From an uncultured Nitrososphaeraceae archaeon (GTDB lineage Archaea; Thermoproteota; Nitrososphaeria; Nitrososphaerales; Nitrososphaeraceae), in contig CAWGVG010000022.1 of the NCBI GenBank assembly GCA_963825865.1, positions 42,050 to 106,049 on the forward strand: a stretch of DNA of 64,000 nt. The letters are read 5' to 3'. The position numbers and the translations under genes are program-made. A model generated the notes under the pieces. That model searched no databases, was not told the origin of the DNA, and saw nothing but the letters and a program-made list of their open reading frames with translations. The number at the start of each line of letters is the position of its first letter. Position 1 is the stretch's first letter. Shown piece by piece: positions 1-12,119 of the stretch.

Positions 1-190
1 TACTATTGTACCTGATTTCCTCTTCCTCATGACAGGAAAAACTTGCGGTGTTACACGTATTACTCCAAAAAAGTTATCTCTTGTATTGATATATCCTCAA
101 GAGATAAAAAACAAAAGTCCATATCCTGCGTTGTTTACCAATACATCGATCCTCTCTTTTTCTGCTATTATTTTGCCGATTGCATAGGAT
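1..190 (-). pseudogene. SDR-family oxidoreductase fragment (runs off window edge)
   Basis: Minus-strand translation gives RIDVLVNNAGYG...VFPVMRKRKSGTIV, containing the SDR NNAG motif. No N-terminal TGxxxGIG was found upstream. Confidence 0.6.
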
Positions 191-933
191 ACGATGATGA
201 CCGATCAACCTATACAATGTCAATTCAATGTCACCGAGATAGCAGATCAGGCACAGTATGATGACATTAACCTACCGTGATTAGAGTTAAAGCAACCGGT
301 GTAATTATTATTAGAGAGGACTGGTGTAGCATTATAATGCAAGTCTGCAATCGTCTCCGCTGTTCATGGCAAATGGGAAGTCAAAGAAGTAACCGACCCC
401 ACATCCATCTACTAGTTCTTAGACTTCACTTGAAGGTGCTAATAGCTTCTTTTTCAAAAAATGAGTGTGGTAATACTATCTATCCGATCAATATCAAAGC
501 ATTATAAAAGGTTAAATTATGAAGAATATACATATGATAAATCATATCCATATAGTATTTCTAAACTGCACTTATGATAAATCATATAATGTGCTGACAT
601 AAGTAAAAGAATAACTTCTGGTAACTTTGACATATGTGGAAAGAAAAAATTAGATCAAACATCCATATAATAGGTATGGTCGTGGGATTAGCTCTGGTTA
701 GCAGTCTATTTGTAATTCCGCTGCATGAACACTGGTAGATTGTTCAGGACACTACTTTTTTCACAAAATTGAAGATCATATTTCATGATATTTTGATAAT
801 ATGAAATCGACAATAATAAATCAATCAACAAAAGGATGTGAGTTCTCATGTTTTCAGACTGTTGAATACTAATACTACAACAGCAACAATCTAATTTCTG
901 TGGCCGCTCAAGAACAATTACTAAAGACAAAGT

Positions 934-1577
934 ATGAGTCCATTAGAATTTGCCAGGTGAGGTTATTCTAGTCTCGGCATCCGGTGTACTATCGCCTGGA
1001 CCATTATTTTTTATCAACATCATCTATGGGAGCAAACAAGGGATTACTGACAGGAATTAAAATTGCATTCGGACATACAATGGTAGAATTCCCATTAGTC
1101 ATAGCATTAGCTTTGGGTTTATTTACATTTTCATACGTTTTTCTAAATAATGAAAATCTAAAAATAATTAGCATCATTGGAGGTATTGCAATAATTGTCT
1201 TTGCCTTTACCCAAATAATTAGTATCACAAAAGTTAAGGATGATAAGCAAAATGCATATGTCGGAATTAGCAACAAAAAAGGACCAATTTTATTAGGAGT
1301 TATATTTAGCGCTTTAAATCCCTTTTTTCTAATATGGTGGCTCACAATAGGCTTAAAGCTGATTTCCGATTCAATTCATTTCTTCGGTTTTGTCATTGGA
1401 ATTCTTTTTTTGTTTTCGTTTCACATATGGATGGACTATGCTTGGTTAGTAATAACATCGTATCTGATATATAGAGGCGTCTCGGTATTAAAAACTAAAT
1501 TCTATTCTGCATTACTTATTTCAACAAGTACCATTCTTGCTTTCTATGGAGTCTATATCATTCTAAAGATATTTTGA
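934..1577 (+). CDS. LysE/RhtB-family amino acid exporter (5' end frameshifted)
   Basis: From ATG 934, MSPLEF..VILVSASGVLSPGPLF joins ORF 984-1577 (GHTMVEFP, LNPFFLIWW, multiple TM helices). Confidence 0.8.
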
Positions 1578-1654
1578 TGGCCGTCTGCAAAAGAAGACAA
1601 CAGGGCAGGCGTTCTATCAGCAAAAATATGAGTTCTTGGGCTGCAATGTCATGT

Positions 1655-1830
1655 CACTCAATAGTATTCTCTTCTTTGGCAAATATACTATCAATCATTT
1701 CTAGAAAGTTGTAAGGATAGTTTCCATTGTCTCTGCCTCGCATCCTCACATCGCCGCTGATAAAGTCAGGGTTTTTCTTTGTGACGTACAGTATACCAGT
1801 TGCACGTTTTACTAGTATAATTATGGGATA
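1655..1830 (-). pseudogene. Fragment of hypothetical protein, possibly DNA-methyltransferase-like
   Basis: Minus frame reads ILYVTKKNPDFISGDVRMRGRDNGNYPYNFLEMIDSIFAKEENTIE. It looks protein-like, but the family guess is from memory only. Confidence 0.25.
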
Positions 1831-1849
1831 ATATCCACTGTTATCCCTA

Positions 1850-2133
1850 GAATAAGCACAAGCTAGAAGATATCAAGACAAAAGGGGAGTGCTGCTTTAA
1901 TCACATAATTTGCTCGCCAACAAAGGAGCGATTGGAAAAACCAATTTTCGACTACCATGAATTGTTGTATGAGGCTTTGCTTTCACCAGACTTTTGCAAT
2001 CCTCTGAATCATAGTCAAGGATAAACACCTGTGGATAAAGAAGACGACAGGATTAGGAGTTTCCGAATTCTTTCTCAGGTTTATGGCATGGCTCTGTTTG
2101 AGAAACTATAATTATTGCAAGAAAGGAATATGA
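1850..2133 (+). pseudogene. Terminase-large-subunit-like / helicase-like ATPase N-terminal fragment
   Basis: KTKGECCFNHII..PTKERLEKPIFDY.. then, after a frameshift, KHLWIKKTTGLGVSEFFLRFMAWLCLRN. The latter resembles the variant Walker A (KxxxxGxS/TE) of terminase ATPases. Confidence 0.45.
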
Positions 2134-2141
2134 ATTAAATC

Positions 2142-3809
2142 ATGAAGGCATCAGACCTCTTTGTAAAATGCTTAGAATCTGAAGGTGTTGAATTTATTTT
2201 CGGCTTACCAGGAGAAGAAACTAATGATTTTATGATCTCTATGTTGGATTCGAAGATCAGATTCATTTTAGTAAGGCATGAACAAGGAGCTGCTTTTATG
2301 GCCGATATCTACGGCAGGCTAACTCAAAAGGTTGGAGTATGTCTTGCTACCTTGGGACCAGGTGCGACAAACCTTACTACTGGAGTTGCAAATGCAAATA
2401 TGGACAGATCTCCATTATTAGCAATTACTGGACAAACAAATTCAGATCTTTTACATAAAGAATCTCATCAGAACATGGATGCTGTAACCATGTTCAAATC
2501 CATAACAAAATGGAGATGGTCCATTCGTAGTGCTGACAGCATTCCAGAGATTGTTAGAAGAGCGTTCAAAATTTCCTTGGAAGAAAAAGGAGGAGCAGTA
2601 CATCTTGAATTGCCACAAGATATAGCTAAAAAGAAATCTGATATCAAGCCAATAAGAACACAAGAGTTCTTTAGAGCTATACCCAATAAACATTTGATCA
2701 AGGATACAGTAAAAATGATTTTGAATGCAAAAACGCCTTTAATATTAGTCGGCAATGGCTGTATAAGAGGAAATGCCAGTTTACTCTTGAGGAAGTTCGT
2801 GGAAAGAACAGGAATATGTTCAATGAATACATTCATGGCAAAGGGAATTATATCAGATAAATCAGAAAGGCATTTGCAAACAATTGGAATCAAAGAAGCA
2901 GATCATGCTTTGATTGCAATGAAGGAAGCTGATTTAGTTATTGCAGTAGGATATGATCTTGTAGAATATAGTCCTAAGAACTGGAATGGGGATTTGAAGA
3001 AAAAAATTATTCACATTGATTTTACGTCTGCTGAAGTTGATACGTACTATACTCCAACAATTGAAATTGCTGCAGATATTGGACATACCATAGATGCTAT
3101 TCTGGATGAACTAGACAAACAGAAAAGTGAAAATCCTCATATGCAGGGATTTCCACATAACGAAATCCCAGAACTGTTTAAGAAAATTAAAAAGGAGGTA
3201 GTTTGGAGAAGTGTTGAAAAATTCAAAGATGACTTTTCATATCCAATAAAGCCTGAAAAATTAGTGCTTGATGTAAGAAATACACTTGACGAAAGTGACA
3301 TTGTCATATCAGATGTGGGAGCTCATAAATTGTGGATAGCAAAGGTATACAATACATACACTCCAAATACATGCATAATTCCTAATGGTTTTTGCTCAAT
3401 GGGATTTGCACTTCCAGGTGCTATTGCAGCTCAGCTTGTAAAACCCAGGCAGAAAGTTGTTGCAATGTGTGGGGATGGTGGATTTTTGATGAATATTCAG
3501 GAATTGGAAACTGCGGTTCGGTTGCAATTACCAATTATAATCATTGTATGGTGTGATTCTGATTTTGGCATGATCTCTTTAAAACAAATAGATGAATTTG
3601 GAAAAAGTGCATTCACTAAATTTAATAACCCGGATTTTGTTAAACTTGCAGAAAGTTTTGGAGCATTCGGTTACAATGTTAAGTCTACTAAAGACTTTCC
3701 AAAAATATTGCAAAAAGCAAAGGATTCGAAAGATCTTCCAGTCATAATATCAATTGGTGTGGATTATTCTAGAAACCGCATTTTGGTAGATAATACCTTT
3801 AAAGTCTAG
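2142..3809 (+). CDS. ilvB: Acetolactate synthase large subunit (TPP-dependent)
   Basis: FGLPGEE, RHEQGAAFMA, TLGPGATN and the TPP motif GDGGFLMN are present. Intact, 555 aa. Confidence 0.9.
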   Translation: MKASDLFVKCLESEGVEFIFGLPGEETNDFMISMLDSKIRFILVRHEQGAAFMADIYGRLTQKVGVCLATLGPGATNLTTGVANANMDRSPLLAITGQTNSDLLHKESHQNMDAVTMFKSITKWRWSIRSADSIPEIVRRAFKISLEEKGGAVHLELPQDIAKKKSDIKPIRTQEFFRAIPNKHLIKDTVKMILNAKTPLILVGNGCIRGNASLLLRKFVERTGICSMNTFMAKGIISDKSERHLQTIGIKEADHALIAMKEADLVIAVGYDLVEYSPKNWNGDLKKKIIHIDFTSAEVDTYYTPTIEIAADIGHTIDAILDELDKQKSENPHMQGFPHNEIPELFKKIKKEVVWRSVEKFKDDFSYPIKPEKLVLDVRNTLDESDIVISDVGAHKLWIAKVYNTYTPNTCIIPNGFCSMGFALPGAIAAQLVKPRQKVVAMCGDGGFLMNIQELETAVRLQLPIIIIVWCDSDFGMISLKQIDEFGKSAFTKFNNPDFVKLAESFGAFGYNVKSTKDFPKILQKAKDSKDLPVIISIGVDYSRNRILVDNTFKV

Positions 3810-4434
3810 TTTTTGCCAATTTTTACTAATATTCGTTTCTTTTGATATTATCTTTCTATTAATAGTGGTCTCTTCACAAGAGCATAGCGTGTAAAAGTTT
3901 GCAGGAAGAGTCTGATCAATAGGTCTTGCTTCACACTATAGGAAATAGATATAGCAGCAAATCAAAGAATATAAGGAATTCAAAAATCTACTCACTCAAC
4001 TTTCAACACACCATCAACAGTCATTTCCTTCAATTAAATATAAAAAGCGATATCTTTTTTTAACAAATTTCAACATGGCTCCATCAATGAAGATTGAAGT
4101 TACTGCGGATTTATCAAATAGGATTTACTGCTAACTTATTTCGTATAACTATCGACCAGATCAGTGTAGGAGTAGTTATTCATGTACCTATTGATGTTGT
4201 TTTTGTCAGGGCTAATGTATCATGGTATATTGCGCGGAATCTTATTGAGGCTGACGCTGCTGAGGATATGAGAAGAGTATGTATGTATGTTTGTGTTTGT
4301 ATATAGAAATTCGCTATAAAAAATATCTTGAAATAGACTTCCTCCATGACTATTAATTAGTTAATCATAACTCTTCTTCCCTTGACTGCATATGATTATT
4401 AGCTCATAATGTAACTTTATGACTTAGTAGATAT

Positions 4435-4776
4435 ATGTATATGATGCCCGACGAAAATAATATAATTGTTGTGGACGTTATAGTTGCCAATTGCCAGATT
4501 AGAGCTTTAAGGCCAGTCTTTGACTCTAAAAACGCTATGCCTAATTCAGATGCTGAAAAACTTGTGTGGCTGAATACTACGGATTCAGACCGACTGAACA
4601 GGCGTGTTCTAGGAAGTCTTAGCGGCAACGCCTTGAAGAAAGCTCAGAAGCTTGTAAGTCAGAACAGCGGGACTAACATCAGCGGAGAGTACGGAATCGC
4701 TGCTTGTTTCCGAAGAAGATTTCAGAAGGATAATCTAATACTAATACCCATAGACATCGGCTATAGATTATTATGA
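4435..4776 (+). CDS. Hypothetical protein
   Basis: 113-aa ORF with plausible composition and an AT-rich upstream region. No motif recognised. Confidence 0.4.
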   Translation: MYMMPDENNIIVVDVIVANCQIRALRPVFDSKNAMPNSDAEKLVWLNTTDSDRLNRRVLGSLSGNALKKAQKLVSQNSGTNISGEYGIAACFRRRFQKDNLILIPIDIGYRLL

Positions 4777-4815
4777 ACTTTGCCTGCTGTTTTCAGTATA
4801 AAGTTTCTTTATCGT

Positions 4816-4951
4816 GTTGTAGACGACGATAAAGAAAAAGGTGTCATTGAAATTATCGAGCAAATTCTAAATTGGGAAAGATCTTTATCTGGCCAATTAC
4901 ACGTGCTATTGATATTGAGTCTGGTGTGTAGAAGGTAAACAGGCGATTTAA
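4816..4951 (+). pseudogene. P-II nitrogen regulator C-terminal fragment
   Basis: VVDDDKEKGVIEII/ANSKLGKIFIWPITRAIDIESG..AI*. Similar at the DNA level to the P-II gene at 44158-44493. Confidence 0.7.
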
Positions 4952-5095
4952 GCTGCTTTAGTTATTGTAAATTTAACTTTATTAAATAACTGCTTGAGTT
5001 ATGTTGATGATGCCGTAAGCTACTTCAATTCCCTATATATAGCCTAACTACATTTATTTATTACCTATAATAGCTGTGTGTAGGAGACAAAGATA

Positions 5096-5858
5096 ATGTC
5101 TGACTCCAATATCTACTATAAGAATTACAATAACAATCATTATTATCCTTCTTCTTCATCATCATTTTCAAGCTGCGAAAAAGAAGGACTATACAAGGCT
5201 ATACTTTCTAGGCGGGACGTTCGCTCTCATTTTATTAATGATAAGAACATTCCTAACGATGTTCTACTAAGAATTCTAAATGCTGCCTCATCATGCGCCA
5301 TCAGTAGGCTTCTCACAACCTTGGAATTTTATTTTAATCAAGGATAGGTCAATAAGACAACAAGTTAAAGAATCTTTTTTGACGGAATATAAAAAATCAA
5401 TTTCAATGCTTGACAACGATAAAACCAGACAGGAAAAATATCTATCATTGAAACTTGAAGGCATAATGGAATCTGCGATCAATATTTGTGTTACATATGA
5501 TCACACTAAGTTTGGCCCATTTATTTTGGGGAGAACATCCATAGCTGAAACTGGTGTATATAGTGTCTGTTGTGCTATCCAAAATCTATGGCTTGCTGCA
5601 AGAGCCGAAGGTATAGGAGTAGGATGGGTAAGCATTCTTTCAAATGAAGATTTGCAAAAAATTCTATTGATACCTGAACATGTTAGACCTATAGCATATT
5701 TATGTCTGGGTTACGTTGAAGAATTTGCAGCAAAACCAGACCTAGAAAAGGCAGGATGGCTTCATAGAATAGAGTTAAGCGAAGTTATCTGCTATGAGCA
5801 ATGGGGATGCGAGCAGAGGTGCGATTTCTCCATCAGATTCATGGTCAGAGTTTTGTAG
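5096..5858 (+). CDS. bluB: 5,6-dimethylbenzimidazole synthase BluB (frameshift near 5285)
   Basis: LYKAILSRRDVRSHF, HHAPSVGFSQPWNF, YLSLKLEGI and SVCCAIQNLWLAARAEGIGVGWVSIL across ORFs 5096-5347 and 5280-5858. Confidence 0.9.
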
Positions 5859-5995
5859 TATTATCGAGTAGAGATTAAAAATGCTAAATATAATAGTAAA
5901 GAAGCAGTTGAAGAATCATTTACATTCCATCCTGAAGTTATTGCTCGAAGCAGCAAAAAATTGAAAAGCCTTTATTTTTTTATGGCGTTATCCTC

Positions 5996-6286
5996 TTAAC
6001 TGATAGGAGTTCGTGAATACTTAATTTTAAGAAATAGAAGCACTACATTGAATGACACACTTACGGTATTGCCAGTCGCAATAATAATGTCATTTTTTCC
6101 TATTCCATATATAATCCAGAGTGTCAGCCCGACTATTAAGGCCAAGATAAGCCAGATAGATAAATCATCTGTTTTCTTTGTTTTGATCCCTTTAATTATT
6201 TGAGGTACTGTACTTGAAAGTGTAAATAATGTAGCACATATTCCAATGCCATATAACAAAAAATCAAACATTATAGTAACATTCAA
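5996..6286 (-). CDS. SemiSWEET / PQ-loop transporter
   Basis: Three TM helices with VPQIIKGIKTKKTDDLS and LWIIYG. Confidence 0.85.
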   Translation of the reverse strand: MNVTIMFDFLLYGIGICATLFTLSSTVPQIIKGIKTKKTDDLSIWLILALIVGLTLWIIYGIGKNDIIIATGNTVSVSFNVVLLFLKIKYSRTPIS

Positions 6287-6788
6287 CTTCTATCGTTTAT
6301 ATTAGATTGTCAGTCTTAACATACAATCAGTTAATTTTAATTAAAATTCTTTTTCAGAAGCACCAGCATAACGGAAATCATCAAACCAGCTAGCCATATG
6401 AGATTTCACATACTTCCTATCTAGAAATGATACGCAGATTGAATGTGATTTACTGTTCTAATGTTCATTGCAGATTCCATAATGACATATAAAATATAAA
6501 GGCAACATATATGGTGATTTGTAAGATACAACTCATACCGTATTTGAGCCTGTTGTCTAGGGGTTTTATTGCTATTTTATACGTTTAGTTATTGGCTGCA
6601 TAGTTGCGCTATTTGTAAGTCTTCCAAAGATATCACTGCTGAAATTATGTGCCTTGGTAGATAAGTACTAAGTAGCAGCGGTATTAACATTTTCTCTTGT
6701 TGAAGAGGCTTTCAATCTTTAAATTGCATATCTCCTCCTTTAACTTCCATGGGAAGAAAGGCGACTAGAAGTGAGTAACTCTCGTTCA

Positions 6789-8756
6789 TTGACAACAGCT
6801 GAACTTATCAATAATTTCCCATTTACATCCCAACGTGAGAATCAACTAAGAGTACCTGAATGAAATTTGTAATGCTTTCAATTCAGACTACAAATACATC
6901 ATATTAGAAGCTCCTACTGGCTTTGGTAAGAGCCCTGTGGCTATAGCAGTTGCTATGACTTTGGGCTCAAGCTACATATGTACTTCTACCAAGGATCTGC
7001 AGAGTCAATACTCAAGGGATTTTCCATATCTTAAAGTAGCGAAGGGAAAAAACAACTTTGCTTGTTTAGTAAAGGAAGATTTTATTAAAAATGGCATTTA
7101 TAGATGTGGAATTTGTATTTCAGATAATTTGAATGAATGCATCCATACAACAGTAGAATATGGTCCCTGTATGACTAATGAATCCTTCAAAAATAGTGGC
7201 TGCAAATACAGGTCCTTTCTAAAAGATTATAAAATAAGCAATAAGGGAACAAAAGATGAACAAGTATTCATCGATAACGATAACAAAAACTACTATCAAA
7301 AGGAATACTCGCAATGGTTGCACCTAAGGAATCTAAAAGAAAAAAATCCGTGGAAACCATGCGAATACTTTAACCAGTTGAACATGGCCTTAACCTCCAG
7401 TCATTCTATATTCAATTACTCCATTTTCTTAGCACTTTTGCCAAGCAAGAAAAGTCTACCAGAAAGAGAATTGTTGGTATTGGACGAAGGGCACCTATTA
7501 GAGACAGAGATTGTAAAGTTCAGAGGACTAACTATATCTAAAAGAAGATGGAAGCGATATATTTACGATTTAAAGATTATTGATTATGGCTATGATGATA
7601 TAGAAAACTGGATTGACTTTCTTGTAGAAGTTGAGACAAAAATGCTTACCTTGACTGGCAATAATTCTTTGGTAGAATTGTTGTCTATAGAACGAGAAGT
7701 CAAATACAACTATCACTACTATCAAGAACGAGCCTCAAAATCAAATGACAGGAACAAGAAGGTAGTCTCTGCATTTGAGTTATTTGAAAGCGATGATGAA
7801 ATTGCACAGAAGTATGCTGACGTAGATGTATCAAGAAAATCAGTAGCAAATATTGGGGATGAGCTTGCTGTTGATGCGATTAGGGATACAGAGAAACTCA
7901 CAAGAGCAATAAACAATATTCTCTCAAACTCCGCCGATTGGATAGTATCAGAGATAAAGAAAGAAAATTATGAAGTAGTTAAAGTTGAATTAAAACCGTT
8001 AGATATATCAGCATATTGTAAAACTGTATTTGAAAAATGCTCAAAAACATTGATTATGAGTGCAACAATCCTAAATGCTAAAGCATTTTGCAGAAGTGTT
8101 GGTCTAATTGGAGAAGATAATAAGGTGAAATTCGTACAAGTTCAATCTGATTTTCCATTAGAACACAGACCTATTTATCCTCTTAATATTGCATATCTTA
8201 ACTATAGCAACTTAGAATCTACAGAAATAAAATCCAATGTTGCAAGGACTATTGACAATCTAATGACATTGCATAAAAATGACAAAGGAATAATCCATAC
8301 TACATCTTATGACCAATTGAATTTTATTAAAGAAAATATATCACAGATAAATGCACGAAGGTTGTTAGTAACTGATCCAGAGATACAAAGAGATGAGGTC
8401 ATAGCTCAACACACTAACAGCAGACAAAACCAACTGTTCTTATCTCACCATCATTACATACAGGTCTTGATTTAAAAGATGACCTGTCGAGGTTTCAGAT
8501 AATAACCAAGGTACCTTATCCCAATAAAAACGATAGATGGATTGATGCAAAAAGAAAATCTGATGCAGAATGGTATTATTGGCAGACAGCATTAAAATTG
8601 GTACAAGCTTATGGTAGATCAGTAAGATCAAAGGAAGATAAGGCTAGAACATACGTATTAGATTCTGCTTTTAATTCTTTTGTAAAGAAGAACATTGACA
8701 TTTTACCGGAATGGTTTATTTTAGCAATTCATGGTATTAGAGTTAATAAAAGTAAT
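6789..8756 (+). CDS. DinG/XPD-family SF2 helicase (frameshifts near 6857 and 8425)
   Basis: Walker A EAPTGFGKS lies upstream of ORF 6937. Also DEGH, MSAT, Cys-rich Fe-S region and a C-terminal GLDLKDDLSRFQIITKVPYP...QAYGRSVRS in the next frame. Confidence 0.88.
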
Positions 8757-9194
8757 AATAAATAATCAGTCAATAGGTGTAGATAAGACTAAAAGTGTTG
8801 AAGATCGACAGAATACTTAACGCTGACACATACTTATCGCTAGGGTTCCATTCTAGAGATAAGCTCAACACTTTGCTTCCTAAACTTTTTCTACAGAAGA
8901 AAAGAACCTGCAACTCGGTATTGCCTCTTCTGTTTGTTCTGGGAAAAGCATGTAACATTCCTAATTCTTCCTTCCGATGCTGATATATATCCAAATCATA
9001 TAGATCTTTATTCTTCTTAGGTGAGCCTTGCGCATTTTTGGACTGATGTATTAGGCGCCTTGTAGAAGAAGATATATTTTTACCTAACTGCCAATATAAA
9101 AATAAAAATCTATACAAGTTACTTTAATAATAATATACGTAATTCAAAGTATTTGAGAACGAATTGCATTATTGGGTAGGTTCTTTTTGTCAAG

Positions 9195-9857
9195 TTGTTG
9201 ATGGATATAAACCTCTATTCCCCAGATGGAGTTATCGCCGTATCTGATATTATAACACTAATTGCAGATATTGGAAATCAAATACCAGATAAATCCTGGA
9301 TGCTTTACCTGCTTGAGGTCTTCAATATACAAAATATAGCAGTTGAATTGAACCTCATATGCCAGTTTGATAACCAAAGTTACTTTGAGGCCATATTCCA
9401 AGGAATTAACCGATATAGATTTAAAAGTGTTTTACCAACGCTAGGTCATTCTTACCTACGCCAAATTGTTATGGATGCTCAGAGCAAATATATCAAATAT
9501 ATTCTAAGCGATCAGAATACAACACAATCAGAAACTTTCGATTTACCATTAGCGAACATGAAGTTTGATTTTATAGTAATAAACCATTTTACTGGAATAG
9601 AATGGTGGAATAAGATTGGTAACATTCCATATCCTCTAAGACATATGGTTGAAATATCACAATTAATGTTTGGTTTAAGTGATCATATAGATTCAGAGTC
9701 TATAACCTATCTGCCACATAATGCGTTGCTACCTAATAAGGATGGCTCCGGTATTAGATACCCTATTTCGTTTCAGAATATCAGAATCAAGGATGGGTGT
9801 ATTTGCTATACAGTACAATCAGGTGATTGTTATACCGGAATGCGCTATAATTGTTAG
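9195..9857 (+). CDS. Hypothetical protein
   Basis: 220-aa ORF. No family recognised. Confidence 0.5.
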   Translation: MLMDINLYSPDGVIAVSDIITLIADIGNQIPDKSWMLYLLEVFNIQNIAVELNLICQFDNQSYFEAIFQGINRYRFKSVLPTLGHSYLRQIVMDAQSKYIKYILSDQNTTQSETFDLPLANMKFDFIVINHFTGIEWWNKIGNIPYPLRHMVEISQLMFGLSDHIDSESITYLPHNALLPNKDGSGIRYPISFQNIRIKDGCICYTVQSGDCYTGMRYNC

Positions 9858-10087
9858 ATTTAAGCAGAAGTACCAGATAGTAGTATAGAGGCAAACTAGT
9901 TCCTGCAAAGCCGACAGTACGACATAAATATATCAAATGCGGAGAGCCTCTCGGCCATAATCGATTTAAATTTAAGTCTATAGCAATATTTGTTTATCAA
10001 ACGCTAGTTGCAGTAGCTTCCCGATTAACAAATATTTTAATCCACTATTTCATACGTGGATTATAAAGTGTGTGTATTTCGTTTGAA

Positions 10088-10516
10088 TTAATAGAGATCA
10101 GAGTCATCTGTTAATTTTTTTGCTGATTGGGGATCCTTATCTGTGTAGTAGCTAACCATACCTAATTTGAGCACCTTTAGCGATAGTAGTGCACATTTGA
10201 TCCTTGCAGGTCCAAGATTCATCAGCCCGATATTTTCTAAAACATCTTTCTTTGTGAGATCTTTTACTACAGTCAAGGGTTTGTCCATTACCATCTCGGT
10301 AAGCATAGAAGCACTTGCCTGGCTAATTGCACATCCTCTACCTTCAAATTTTATCTCCTTAATTTTGTCCTTTTCGACTTTTAAATGAATGTCAATTTCA
10401 TCGCCGCAGAGAGGATTACTGTCGTGAATACTTACATCTGCATTTGATAATTTGCCCTTATTTCGAGGATTTCTATAATGATCCAGAATAATTTCACGGT
10501 ATATATCGTCACTCAA
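10088..10516 (-). CDS. sufU: SufU/IscU-type Fe-S scaffold / sulfur transfer protein
   Basis: YREIILDHYRNPRNKG, NPLCGDEI, GCAISQASAS, ARIKCALL. Confidence 0.92.
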   Translation of the reverse strand: MSDDIYREIILDHYRNPRNKGKLSNADVSIHDSNPLCGDEIDIHLKVEKDKIKEIKFEGRGCAISQASASMLTEMVMDKPLTVVKDLTKKDVLENIGLMNLGPARIKCALLSLKVLKLGMVSYYTDKDPQSAKKLTDDSDLY

Positions 10517-11758
10517 ATCCTAAACAGCCTCCTTGCTTCCTCGAGTGCATTTATGAGTATATCAACTTCTTCTTTGGTATTATAGATATAAAAACTTGTG
10601 CGGGACGTCGCTACCACATTTAATCTCTCCATTAATACTTGTGCGCAGTGGTGGCCAGATCTGATTGCAATTCCATGATCGTTCATTATAGTAGCAAGGT
10701 CATGTGGATGAATATCACCAATATTAAATGATACTATTCCACCTCTATGATTCGAATTGGACGGACCGTAAACAGTTACGCCCTTTACGCCCGTAATAGT
10801 TTTGATGGCATAATTCGTAATATCGATTTCATGCTCTCTTATATTGTTCATACCAATTTCGTTAAGATAATCAATAGCAGACTCCAAATCCAATTACATC
10901 TGCAATGTTAGGGGTACCACCTTCAAACTTGTATGGAAGGTCATTATATCTTGTTTCATATTTGTGAACTTCCTTTATCATATCCCCTCCCCCTATGAAT
11001 GGTGCCATTTTGTCAAGTATCTCCCTTTTTACATATAGCACCCCCACACCTGTTGGTCCTAGCATTTTGTGAGCAGAAAATGCCATGAAATCACAGTCCA
11101 TGTTCTGAACATCTACTGGCATGTGAGGAACAGATTGAGCTCCGTCCACCATTACTTTAACACCTTTATCATGTGCCATTTTGATAATTTTGTTTATAGG
11201 TACTATTGTTCCAGGTACATTTGACATCTGGCTTACAGAAATTAGTTTAACTTTATTGCTTTCAATATACCTTTTGTAATCTTCCATTTTTAGGTATCCA
11301 CTATCGTCAACACCAACGTACAGTAGTTTACCTCTTTTTTCCTGAGTAAGAATTTGCCAGGGAACTATGTTGCTATGGTGTTCAATTTCTGTGATTACCA
11401 CGTAGTCATCTTTCTTGACATTTGCACGGCCCCATGAGTATGATATTAAGTTAATTGCTTCGGTTGCATTGCGGGTAAAAATTATTTCGTCAGTCGAATT
11501 AGCATTGATGAATTTGGCAATCTTTTCTCTTGTTCTTTCATAGGCAATGGTTGCTTCTTCTGCCATCTGATGAACCGCTCTGTGAATATTTGAGTTGTAA
11601 TCCATGTAATAATCACGAATTGCATTAATTACAGACATTGGCTTTTGAGTAGTAGCAGCATTATCAAGGTAGACAAGCGTTTTGTTTCTATTAATCTTAC
11701 GTTTTAATATGGGAAAATCTTCTCGAATTTTGGAAACATTGAGAGCAATTTTCTGCAT
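10513..11758 (-). CDS. sufS: Cysteine desulfurase SufS (frameshift near 10880)
   Basis: YLDNAATTQKP, EHHSN, FSAHKMLGPTG, RSGHHCAQ. Confidence 0.92.
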
Positions 11759-11771
11759 TATGATTAATAAT

Positions 11772-12092
11772 TCACTCCATTAAGATATAAACCCAGTTGT
11801 CTTGTATCTTTACGCTGTAAGTTTTTAAAGGCTCTTCTGCAGGGAGATTTTGGGGAATACCATCTTCTAGTTTGAAAACAGACATATGTAGAGGACAGGT
11901 AACAGTTTTTTCATTCTCATTCATAAATCCTGTTGACAGGTCAGCATAAGCATGAGTGCATATTCTGTTTGTCGCATAAATTTTGCCTCCTACTTTGGCT
12001 ATCAAAATATTTTTATTCGCCATAATCAAAATCTAAGAGATCGGCCAATTTTTAACGAATCTTTCCTTACAGGCCTTTATCCATTCTGTCAC
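11772..12092 (-). CDS. Rieske-type [2Fe-2S] ferredoxin (5' frameshifted)
   Basis: CTHAYADL and CPLH motifs. N-terminus VTEWIKAC from GTG 12092. Confidence 0.85.
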
Positions 12093-12119
12093 TATCAGTA
12101 TGATTCGTTACTCAACCAT

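Noticed and set aside
672-706. GGTCGTGGGATTAGCTCTGGTTAGCAG resembles a tRNA 5' half
   Set aside because: No anticodon arm, T-arm or acceptor partner follows. Too short to support.
2089-2106. GGCTCTGTTTGAGAAA as an IS terminal repeat
   Set aside because: Explained as codons (WLCLRN) of the terminase-like fragment, and no partner end was found.
6789-8756. CasDinG or defence-system helicase
   Set aside because: No cas or defence genes are adjacent. Consistent with an ordinary archaeal DinG/XPD-like helicase.
8770-9117. 115-aa minus-strand ORF as a transposase remnant
   Set aside because: No DDE or other motif recognised in any frame.
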